Shown: piece after piece, positions 56,202 to 64,000 of the stretch
Numbering within the stretch: position 1 is the stretch's first letter
Layout: each line of letters opens with the position of its first letter
From: an uncultured Ignavibacteriales bacterium
Lineage (GTDB): Bacteria; Bacteroidota; Ignavibacteria; Ignavibacteriales; Ignavibacteriaceae
Length of the DNA stretch: 64,000 bases
Assembly: GCA_963723205.1 (NCBI GenBank)
Contig: CAVRQC010000006.1
Location: forward strand, 87,477-151,476
Direction of reading: 5' to 3'
Program-made: the position numbers and the translations under genes
Notes under the pieces: model-generated
The model's database searches: none
Seen by the model: only the letters and a program-made list of their open reading frames with translations
Told to the model about the DNA's origin: nothing

Positions 56202-58247
56202 ATGTTCACTAATTCAAAAATTTTTATAATTATTTTTATAGGAACCGCATTTATCTTGTCTTCATGTTCTTCAAAGGAAAATGCAAAAAAAGATAATGGA
56301 TTTCCTTTATCTAATATAGATTCATCTGCAAATCCATCAAATGATTTTTATCAATATGCTGTGGGAAACTGGATAAAAAATAATCCCATACCTAAAGAGT
56401 ATAGCATGTGGGGAACTTTCGCTGTATTAGCTGAAAAGAATTATAAAATTCTGCATAAAATCCTTGATGATGCTGCCAATAATAAAGAGACGGCAAAAGG
56501 AAGTATTCAGCAAAAAATCGGAGATTTCTATTTTACCGGAATGGATACATTACAAATTGAGACTGACGGTATAAAACCAATAGAAGCCGAATTAAATAAG
56601 ATTAATGAAATTAAAACCAAAAAAGATCTTTTGGATGAAATTGTTTACCAGCATGTTCATTTAGGTGCACCTTTATTTGGCTTTGGTTCCGGAATAGACG
56701 CTAAAAACAGCAAAATGGAAATTGCTCAGCTTGTTCAGGGAGGAATTGGACTGCCGGACAAAGATTATTATCTGAATAAAGATAGCTATTCAAAAGAAGT
56801 GAGAGAGAAATATATAAACCATTTAACAAATATGTTCAAGTTAATTGGTGAAAAAGAATCATCTGCAAAGAAAGATGCTTCTATTGTAATGAATATTGAA
56901 ACCCGGCTTGCAAAAGCATCAATGTCTAAAGTAGAAAGAAGAGATCCTAACAAAACTTATCATAAAATGAACCTGGTAAAATTGGAACAATTATCTCCCG
57001 GTTTTTACTGGGGTGATTATTTTAAAAAAGTCGGTATACCAAGCCTGGACAGCTTGAACGTTGAACAGCCTGACTTTTTTAAGGAAGTAAGCAAACTTGT
57101 AAAAGAAATTCCTATTGATAATTGGAAACCCTATTTAAAATGGAACCTGGTACATTCATCTGCAAATTATCTTGATTCAAATTTTGTAAATGAGCATTTC
57201 AATTTCTATGGAAAATTTTTATACGGATCGAAAGTACTTCAGCCAAGATGGAAAAGAGTTTTGTTTAGAGCAGATGATGCAATTGGAGAATTACTAGGGC
57301 AGCTTTATGTAAAAGAAGTATTTCCGCCGGAAGCAAAAGCACGAGCTTTGAAAATTGTTAAAAATCTCCTGGAAGCAATGGGTGAAAGAATTAACAATCT
57401 TGACTGGATGAGTCCTGATACAAAGAAACAAGCATTGCATAAGCTTGATTTATTCACAGTTAAAATCGGATATCCTGATAAATGGATAGACTATAAGCCA
57501 TTGGATATCGAAAGAGATTCATATTATGCAAATGCAATCCGCTGTGCGGAATTTAATTTTAACAGGGATATAAAGAAAATTGATAAGCCTGTTGATCCGA
57601 CTGAATGGGAAATGAATCCCCAAACTGTAAATGCATATTACGAACCTTTGAGAAATGAGATTGTATTTCCTGCTGCAATTCTCCAGCCTCCTTTCTTTAA
57701 CCAAAATGCAGATGATGCGATTAATTACGGAGCTATGGGTGCTGTTATCGGACATGAGATAACCCACGGTTTCGATGATGAAGGAAGGCAATATGATGCC
57801 AGCGGAAATGTTAAAGACTGGTGGACAAAAGAAGACGAGACTAAATTTAATGAGCATGCAAAAAAAATTATCGAACAGTTTGATTCATATATTCCTGTCG
57901 ATACTATGCATGTAAATGGTAAACTTACCGAGGGTGAAAACATTGCCGACCTTGGAGGTTTAAATGTTTCTTTTACAGCTTTCAAAAAAACCGACGAATA
58001 TAAAAGCCAGGAAAAGATAGATGGATTTACTCCCAATCAGAGATTTTTCCTTGCATGGGCACAGGTTTGGGAAAGTAATACTCGGCCTCAGACTGCTAAA
58101 CTTTTAATTAAAACTGATCCGCATTCGCCGGACAGATTCAGAGTTAACGGCCCGTTCAGCAATATGCCAGAATTCTGGCAGGCTTTTAATGTAAAAAAAG
58201 GTGAACCGATGAGGGCTCCGGATAATAAACTTGTAAAAATCTGGTAG
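56202..58247 (+). CDS. M13 family (neprilysin/PepO-like) zinc metallopeptidase, lipoprotein
   Basis: 681 aa. Lipobox FILSSCSS, HEXXH as VIGHEITHGFD, the ENIADLGG third zinc-ligand motif, and C-terminal FRVNGP...W. Confidence 0.92.
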   Translation: MFTNSKIFIIIFIGTAFILSSCSSKENAKKDNGFPLSNIDSSANPSNDFYQYAVGNWIKNNPIPKEYSMWGTFAVLAEKNYKILHKILDDAANNKETAKGSIQQKIGDFYFTGMDTLQIETDGIKPIEAELNKINEIKTKKDLLDEIVYQHVHLGAPLFGFGSGIDAKNSKMEIAQLVQGGIGLPDKDYYLNKDSYSKEVREKYINHLTNMFKLIGEKESSAKKDASIVMNIETRLAKASMSKVERRDPNKTYHKMNLVKLEQLSPGFYWGDYFKKVGIPSLDSLNVEQPDFFKEVSKLVKEIPIDNWKPYLKWNLVHSSANYLDSNFVNEHFNFYGKFLYGSKVLQPRWKRVLFRADDAIGELLGQLYVKEVFPPEAKARALKIVKNLLEAMGERINNLDWMSPDTKKQALHKLDLFTVKIGYPDKWIDYKPLDIERDSYYANAIRCAEFNFNRDIKKIDKPVDPTEWEMNPQTVNAYYEPLRNEIVFPAAILQPPFFNQNADDAINYGAMGAVIGHEITHGFDDEGRQYDASGNVKDWWTKEDETKFNEHAKKIIEQFDSYIPVDTMHVNGKLTEGENIADLGGLNVSFTAFKKTDEYKSQEKIDGFTPNQRFFLAWAQVWESNTRPQTAKLLIKTDPHSPDRFRVNGPFSNMPEFWQAFNVKKGEPMRAPDNKLVKIW

Positions 58248-58261
58248 TAATAAATTTTAAT

Positions 58262-58302
58262 TATAGGGGCGAATTGCCAATTCGTCCCTATAATTTTTTT
58301 TG
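58262..58302 (+). terminator. rho-independent terminator after the M13 peptidase gene
   Basis: TATAGGGGCGAAT-tgcca-ATTCGTCCCTATA forms 13 bp (1 G:U) and is followed by a run of T residues (ATTTTTTTTT). Confidence 0.8.
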
Positions 58303-58380
58303 AAAAATATTAAATGAAATTCTTTGAGGAACAACGCACAGCAAACTATAGACTAAAACCAACAAACCATTAACTTTAAC

Positions 58381-59511
58381 TCAATACCATTTAAATAACT
58401 TCAAACCAATAGCAAAGAATAAAATCCCCATTCCAAGCAAAATAAAAAATGGTAAAGCAACATCACTAAAGCCTGCCCCTTCAATAAAAATACTTCTAAT
58501 TGAATCGGCAAGCATTGTAAGGGGTATAATTTTAATGAATGGAATTGACCAATCAGGAAAATGCTGATAACTGAAAAAAATACCTGAAAGTACAAACATA
58601 GGAGTAGTAACTGCACTTATAATTCCGTTTCCAACCTCGGGATTGGCAGTCCGGCATGCAATGAGAGCTGCCATACCGGCAAAATTTATATTACCGGCAA
58701 CGAATATAAGAAACAAAGCTGCAATATTTCCCTGAATAGTTATACCGAATACTAAATTAGCAAAAATAAAAAGGAGTAAAGATTCAATAAAATTCATTAT
58801 TGTTCTTACAGACATAAAAGAAACCAGGAAATAAGATTTCTTCATCGGGGTAGCAATCATTCTCCTTAATAATTTTTTTGATCTTTTTTCGATAAGAGTG
58901 TAGCCAAGCCCCCAGATAGACGACATAAGAATTCCCAGCGCCATTAATCCGGGAATAAGGAAATCAATATACCGTGTTCCTTTTAATGTAAGAGGTTCGA
59001 TACTTGCATTATTCTCTTTCAGAGGTTTGCTGCCTCCAAGTATTTGGGAAAGTCTTAGATAGTTAAGCTGAGCATCGGGTCCGGAAGGATCGAAATGATA
59101 TTTAAGAGCTCCACCCGAATCTTCAACTACCAGATTAATTTCACCTTTTTTAAGAAGCTTGTCTGCATCTTTCCAATTCATTTCCTGAAAAATATAAACT
59201 GTATTGCCGAGTTTTTTATTTTTTATTTCAAGACGATATTCGGGAGAATTATTATTATGATCGGTCCTCTCGCTGTATTTATTCAGAAATGAAATAATTG
59301 AATCAGTGCTGTCAGGCATGTTAGTTTTATTTTCAATCAAACCAATCCTGGCAGTAGTTACGGATTTTTGAGTAAAGGCAATGCCTAATCCCAAGGCCAT
59401 AAGGATAGGAAAAACAATCCCCCAGAAAAGTACCGCCGGTTCGCGCATTAATTCTTTTGCATGCGCAATCACTAAGGCTTTAATCTGTCCAGATTTAAAT
59501 GATTTATTCAT
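58381..59511 (-). CDS. ABC-2 type transporter permease
   Basis: 6-TM ABC-2 layout with a large first external loop. I prefer the ATG at 59511 (MNKSFKSG...), which gives an 8-nt overlap with the stop of the upstream ATPase gene. The ORF track starts at 59547. Confidence 0.8.
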   Translation of the reverse strand: MNKSFKSGQIKALVIAHAKELMREPAVLFWGIVFPILMALGLGIAFTQKSVTTARIGLIENKTNMPDSTDSIISFLNKYSERTDHNNNSPEYRLEIKNKKLGNTVYIFQEMNWKDADKLLKKGEINLVVEDSGGALKYHFDPSGPDAQLNYLRLSQILGGSKPLKENNASIEPLTLKGTRYIDFLIPGLMALGILMSSIWGLGYTLIEKRSKKLLRRMIATPMKKSYFLVSFMSVRTIMNFIESLLLFIFANLVFGITIQGNIAALFLIFVAGNINFAGMAALIACRTANPEVGNGIISAVTTPMFVLSGIFFSYQHFPDWSIPFIKIIPLTMLADSIRSIFIEGAGFSDVALPFFILLGMGILFFAIGLKLFKWY

Positions 59512-60445
59512 TAAGATGTCTTCCCGCAAGATTAATAAAAAGATCATCTAATGTTTTTCTTCGGCTTTCAAAACTATTTAGCTTAAGATTTTTTTCTCTT
59601 AAGAAATTGAGAAAACCGGGGAGATTGGATTCAATATCTTTTATAATAAGAAGTCCTTTGTTTTTTACCGGATCCCATTCAATATTAAAAGTAGAATGTT
59701 TAAATAATTGCTCCGGATTTGCAGAACTTTCAAGTGTAAATTCAATATAATGCTCTTCACCTTCATTAAGGAGTTCGGTTAAAGTTCCTTCCTTGAGAAT
59801 CTTTCCAAAATCCATAACTACAATATAATCGCATAGTTGCTCAGCTTCTTCCATATAGTGAGTAGTCAATATCAATGAGGTTTGTGATTTTTCTTTAAGT
59901 TCTGTAAGTATCGACCAAATTTCTCTTCTTGCGTTTGGATCCAACCCCGTTGTAGGTTCATCGAGAAGCAATATTTTAGGATTGTTAAGCAAAGCAATTC
60001 CCAGGGCAAGTTTTTGTCTTTGTCCTCCGGATAAATTTACCGTATAAGATTTCTTTTTTTCTTCCAGATCAATAAGGTTTATAATTTGATCAACTCTGTC
60101 CTTCTTTAATTCATAAAAACTTGCAAACATATTTAATGTTTCTTTAACAGTTAACTTATCAACAAATCTTGTTTCCTGGAGCGAGAGACCGATTGCATTA
60201 TGAACTTCATCTTCATTCCCTTTCCAGTGTTTATTCAGGATTAGAATTTCTCCTTTATCCGGTTTCTGAATTCCTTCTATCATTTCAACAAGAGTTGTTT
60301 TACCGGCTCCGTTTGGCCCCAGTAATGCAATGAATTGTCCCTTGTGAATTTTCAGGCTAATTCCTTTAACAGCATCAACTGTTTTATAAGACTTATAAAC
60401 ATCTTTTACTTCAACAACGAAGTCATTATCAGTAAATTGGACCAT
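59504..60445 (-). CDS. ABC transporter ATP-binding protein
   Basis: 313 aa. Walker A GPNGAGKTT, signature LSGGQRQKL and Walker B LLLDEPTTGLD. Confidence 0.92.
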   Translation of the reverse strand: MVQFTDNDFVVEVKDVYKSYKTVDAVKGISLKIHKGQFIALLGPNGAGKTTLVEMIEGIQKPDKGEILILNKHWKGNEDEVHNAIGLSLQETRFVDKLTVKETLNMFASFYELKKDRVDQIINLIDLEEKKKSYTVNLSGGQRQKLALGIALLNNPKILLLDEPTTGLDPNARREIWSILTELKEKSQTSLILTTHYMEEAEQLCDYIVVMDFGKILKEGTLTELLNEGEEHYIEFTLESSANPEQLFKHSTFNIEWDPVKNKGLLIIKDIESNLPGFLNFLREKNLKLNSFESRRKTLDDLFINLAGRHLNE

Positions 60446-60548
60446 TGCCTTGCATTAGAAATTTAAATGGGATTTTTAAAGAAATGCTGAAACTTAATAC
60501 TTACTTTCTAAAGAATAAAGAAATCTTCAAATGAATTAACTTAGAAAT

Positions 60549-61280
60549 TTATTGCTGCCAGTTTGTTTCAAGTATGCATAAAACAGAATCACCGGAAGAT
60601 ATTTGATGAATACATTTTATTTTTTCTGCTTCCTTTGGAATTTCAATTGAAGAAATGACAATATTACCATACTTGGTTTCTTTTTTATAGTTAACCTTCA
60701 AATGGTTCATACTATAATTATTTATTATATTTTGCGGGACCATTTCCAGCGCCCACTCAATATATTTTATGTTATTCACATGATGATTTGAATCGATATC
60801 AACGTAGCGGACATCGAATTCCTTTTCAGAATCAATTTTTGATATTTTATTTATGTCACCGAATTCCAATTCGATCATCTTATTCTTATCGACACCATAT
60901 CCTTCAAAAATATCATCAGTTATCCTGGTCGGCCTTTTTGTATCAGTGTTAAGAAAAAGCCACATCGAATTAGCTGTAACAATTTTATTCCCGTTTAAAT
61001 CAAGTATATCGAAATACCTGAATGCATGGAAACCTTTTAAATGAGACGGTTCGGTTCTTACTTGTATTGTCTCTTTAAATTCGGGATATCTTTTTATTTT
61101 TACATCCCACTTGTAAAGTACCCACCCAACATGATGCTGGGTATAATATTCAATTCCCCGTTTTACATATTCACTATGCAGAATTGCGATATCTTCAAAA
61201 TATCTGAGGAAACTAAATATTGAAGCTTTCTGTTTTAAATCAACATCATAATAATGAATAAAATAATTTTGCTCGTACAT
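60549..61280 (-). CDS. acyl-[acyl-carrier-protein] thioesterase
   Basis: 243 aa. Double hot-dog layout with N-terminal HYYDVDLKQKASIFSFLRYFEDIAILHSE and a second half VRYVDIDSNHHVNNIKYIEWALE, as in FatA/B-like bacterial thioesterases. Confidence 0.8.
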   Translation of the reverse strand: MYEQNYFIHYYDVDLKQKASIFSFLRYFEDIAILHSEYVKRGIEYYTQHHVGWVLYKWDVKIKRYPEFKETIQVRTEPSHLKGFHAFRYFDILDLNGNKIVTANSMWLFLNTDTKRPTRITDDIFEGYGVDKNKMIELEFGDINKISKIDSEKEFDVRYVDIDSNHHVNNIKYIEWALEMVPQNIINNYSMNHLKVNYKKETKYGNIVISSIEIPKEAEKIKCIHQISSGDSVLCILETNWQQ

Positions 61281-61313
61281 ATTATTAGTTAAAATTCCCC
61301 AGACTTTTTCAAT

Positions 61314-61766
61314 TTATTTCATAATATACTTTTTTATAACAAGGTACTTTAAATCCGTATCACCAGCATTCCTGATTCCATGTTCAACATAAGAAGGACA
61401 ATACAAGCTTGTCATCGGACCGACAACTTTTCTATGACCGTTCAGGTAAAATTCAGCCTTCCCTTCAAGTACGAAAAAGAATTCGTCTTCTGCATGTTTA
61501 TGCGGCGGATGAGTGGCTTCATGCGGTCTAACTACACTAAGCTTTATTGTTCTGCCGTCAAGAAAATTCTTATCTGCAAACCAGTATAAATAACCTGATT
61601 TAGTTTTTTCTGCTTTATCCATTGAAAAAGTATTAACACAATTATCCAATGTATAATTTAAAGTGTCGCCAACAGGTTGATTATCATCAGATGTTTGAGC
61701 AAAAATTTCAGCAGTTAGAAATAATGATAAGCCTATAAGCCAGTAAATGATTAAATGTTTTTTCAT
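61314..61766 (-). CDS. secreted cupin domain protein
   Basis: 150 aa. Signal peptide, then the cupin motif HPPHKHAEDEFFFVLEGKAEFYLNG...PSYVEHGIRN. Confidence 0.75.
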   Translation of the reverse strand: MKKHLIIYWLIGLSLFLTAEIFAQTSDDNQPVGDTLNYTLDNCVNTFSMDKAEKTKSGYLYWFADKNFLDGRTIKLSVVRPHEATHPPHKHAEDEFFFVLEGKAEFYLNGHRKVVGPMTSLYCPSYVEHGIRNAGDTDLKYLVIKKYIMK

Positions 61767-61801
61767 AAGATTCTCGCTTTAATAAATATCGGTATGATTT
61801 T

Positions 61802-62185
61802 TTAAATCATAGGTTTTCCTCTTTTACAAAGCTGAAGTGGTATACCAAAAGGGTCGCGAAGCATAATTAAATGAGATCCGTCATCCATTTTTATTTCTTC
61901 TTCAAATGTTGCACCCACAGAGATCAATTTATCTTTAATTTTTATAGGATCATCAACAGTAAGTGCAAAATGAAATTCCAGAGGATTCTGCTTTTCATAT
62001 TCAGGAATCCTTGCCGTAGTGTTGGAATATATTTCCATCATAACTTTACCGGCTTTATCTGTTAAAAACCTGGTAAACGGGTATTTATCCATCGATTTTA
62101 CTAATTTCATTTCACAATTATCAACATACCACTGACTCATTTCGACCGGTTTGGAAACGTTTAATGCAAAATGTTCAAAATTCAT
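61802..62185 (-). CDS. VOC (glyoxalase-like) family protein
   Basis: 127 aa. FEHFALNV...HFALTVDD...LMLRDPFGIPLQL is a typical VOC beta-alpha-beta-beta-beta pattern. Confidence 0.65.
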   Translation of the reverse strand: MNFEHFALNVSKPVEMSQWYVDNCEMKLVKSMDKYPFTRFLTDKAGKVMMEIYSNTTARIPEYEKQNPLEFHFALTVDDPIKIKDKLISVGATFEEEIKMDDGSHLIMLRDPFGIPLQLCKRGKPMI

Positions 62186-62401
62186 TTTTACTCCCTGATT
62201 ATTTTCGTGAAATTATCTTTAAAAAAAGACGAGCCTTTAATATTTTATAAAGGATATCGGTAATATAAAACTGTTCTGTTGTATCTTCAAACTAAAGAAG
62301 AAAAATATTTTTTATTTATACAGCACTTTATTTTTTCTTATAATTGATTATCTTACTGTTACTTCTTTCCTGAACTCTTTATTTGCTACCGAGGTATAAT
62401 A

Positions 62402-63706
62402 ATGGATCAGACAAAACAACGCGAATCCACTTTAAAACTACAGGAAGAAAATAAACGTCTTCGTACGGCGATTGAAGAACTTTCAGTGTTAAATGAAATT
62501 TCTACTGCGATATCTTCAACCCAGCCGCTCGAGCAAATAATTGATCTTATAGTTCGTAAATGTGTTAAGCATCTTAATGTAGAACAGGGAGCTGTAATGC
62601 TTTTGAATGAGAAAGATCAGGAAAAACCGTTCAGGACAATGATCCGTAAACAGGATTCGGTCTCAAATTACCTTCCCTACCGTTTAGATGCCCAGCTGAC
62701 AGGCTGGATGCTGAAGAACAAAACTCCTCTGCTTATAAATGATCTTAAAAAAGATTCAAGATTTAATTTTATGGTAAACAATGAATTCCCGATTCGTTCT
62801 TTATTAAGTGCTCCTATGAATGTAAAAGGAAAAATGATAGGACTCTTAACTGTATTTAATAAAAAAACAAATGTTGGTTTTTTAAATAATGACCAGAGAT
62901 TACTGGGGATTATTTCTGCACAGTCTGCTCAAATAATTGAAAATGCACGATTATACCAGGAAGAGCAGGCCCTTATACATCTTCAGGAAGAAATGCGCCT
63001 TGCCTATGAAATCCAGGTTGATCTGCTTCCCAAGTTTCAGCCAAAGGTTTTGGGATATCAAATTGCAGGCAAGAGTATTCCCGCAAAAGATGTTGGGGGT
63101 GATTACTTTGATTTTATCCAGATAGATGAAGACAGGCTGACTTTTTGTATTGCCGATATTTCAGGCAAAGGTATCCCAGCAGCAATATTAATGGCAAATC
63201 TGCAAGCCTCTTTAAGAGGCCAGGCAAAGCTTGATAAATCATGTAAAGATTGCGTTTCTTTTACAAACGATATTTTATATCATAACACAGCTCCAAATAA
63301 ATTCGCAACATTATTTTATGGAATATTAAATAATGTAACCCACGAAATCACTTATTGTAATGCCGGTCATAATGAACCTTTCCTCTTTTCAAAAGAAAAT
63401 AATTTAACGAAATTATCCACCGGCGGTTTAGTTGCCGGAATTGTACCGTCCTATCCTTTTGAAGAAGCAACAATTTCCATGCTCCCGGGCGAGTTACTTA
63501 TCCTCTTCTCCGACGGTATAACCGAAGCGATGAATGGTAATGAGGAAGAATTTGGCGAAGACAGGTTAATGGAAGTTATAGTAAATCATAGAACAGAATT
63601 ACCAGAAAATTTGTTAGAAATTATTTTTAAAGAAGTACAAAAATTCTGCGGTAACACTGCACAGATGGACGACATGACAATTGTTATTATCAAAAGACAA
63701 GAATAA
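62402..63706 (+). CDS. GAF-sensor PP2C (SpoIIE/RsbU-type) serine phosphatase
   Basis: 434 aa. N-terminal coiled coil, GAF domain (LNVEQGAVMLL...MIGLLTVFNK) and PP2C motifs GGDYFDF, IADISGKGIPAAILMA, FSDGITEA and DDMTIVIIKR. Confidence 0.88.
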   Translation: MDQTKQRESTLKLQEENKRLRTAIEELSVLNEISTAISSTQPLEQIIDLIVRKCVKHLNVEQGAVMLLNEKDQEKPFRTMIRKQDSVSNYLPYRLDAQLTGWMLKNKTPLLINDLKKDSRFNFMVNNEFPIRSLLSAPMNVKGKMIGLLTVFNKKTNVGFLNNDQRLLGIISAQSAQIIENARLYQEEQALIHLQEEMRLAYEIQVDLLPKFQPKVLGYQIAGKSIPAKDVGGDYFDFIQIDEDRLTFCIADISGKGIPAAILMANLQASLRGQAKLDKSCKDCVSFTNDILYHNTAPNKFATLFYGILNNVTHEITYCNAGHNEPFLFSKENNLTKLSTGGLVAGIVPSYPFEEATISMLPGELLILFSDGITEAMNGNEEEFGEDRLMEVIVNHRTELPENLLEIIFKEVQKFCGNTAQMDDMTIVIIKRQE

Positions 63707-63836
63707 AAATTAATAATCGGTTGTAAGCAAACTAAAATTAAATAACATTAAGTAATAATTAGAAAAAATTACCAGCAATATCTCATTTCGGTTTTGCTTA
63801 ATAGATTAAGTGATTACAACGGAAGGAGGAAATAAA

Positions 63837-64000
63837 ATGTTTATGCGTTTTTTACAATTAAAAATTGATACGCAGCATGGTGATAATTTTAAAGAATTTT
63901 ATGAGAACACTGTCTACCCGAAATTACAAAACATGCCGGGCTGCCTCTTTGCAGGTCTTATAAAAAGCGGATTAACAAACAGTGATTTTATCTCCCTAAC
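63837..64000 (+). CDS. ABM/Dabb-like (antibiotic biosynthesis monooxygenase fold) protein, N-terminal fragment; 3' end outside the window
   Basis: Strong Shine-Dalgarno GGAAGGAGG 7 nt upstream of the ATG at 63837. MFMRFLQLKIDTQHGDNFKEFYENTVYPKLQNMPGCLFAGL resembles small ABM-domain proteins. Open to the window end. Confidence 0.4.
   Translation, partial: MFMRFLQLKIDTQHGDNFKEFYENTVYPKLQNMPGCLFAGLIKSGLTNSDFISL

Noticed and set aside
1-64000. Whole-window scan for tRNA, rRNA or tmRNA genes, CRISPR arrays, transposases, integrases, prophage genes, toxin-antitoxin pairs and known defence systems
   Set aside because: I recognised none by eye in any intergenic region or ORF translation. Short structured RNAs could still be missed without covariance-model searches.

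Overview
The window reads as a chromosomal segment from a low-GC Gram-negative bacterium, probably FCB-group or Ignavibacteria-like. That placement is an inference from the strong AT-richness, a T9SS-type C-terminal sorting domain, lipid A genes and gene content. No database search or numerical computation was possible, so all calls rest on reading the six-frame ORF track and the DNA by eye.

Most of the window is densely packed housekeeping:
- ftsK, murI, glnD, queC, queF, tpiA and smc
- lpxB, a DUF374 gene and lpxK
- ppdK, queA, ispD, plsY, gpsA, recG and nadK

Accessory content:
- A surface-glycan locus at about 34.0-42.7 kb, with GT2, GT9 and GT4 glycosyltransferases, a Wzx-like flippase, a methyltransferase and a priming phosphoglycosyl transferase.
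- A decayed alanine/glycine:cation symporter pseudogene at 43.4-44.0 kb.
- Small hypothetical genes at 46-50 kb.
- A possible thioesterase/ABC-2 exporter module at 58.4-62.2 kb.

I saw no rRNA or tRNA genes, CRISPR arrays, transposases, integrases or recognisable defence systems.

The best candidate for an undescribed system is the tightly coupled four-gene operon at 28650-32433. It encodes two paralogous Ddl-like ATP-grasp ligases, a small GNAT and a lysine 2,3-aminomutase. This goes beyond the known AblA/AblB acetyl-beta-lysine pair and predicts an ATP-dependent amide-ligated beta-lysine product.

Secondary candidates:
- A translationally coupled UPF0104 membrane protein and radical SAM/SPASM enzyme (50810-52817).
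- A membrane-anchored GH2-like protein that appears to lack both catalytic glutamates (8625-11213).
- An ICMT/LmtA-like membrane methyltransferase directly upstream of lpxB (15718-16305).
- Unusual CAA-rich and GTT-rich repeat and hairpin elements flanking a HAD phosphatase gene.
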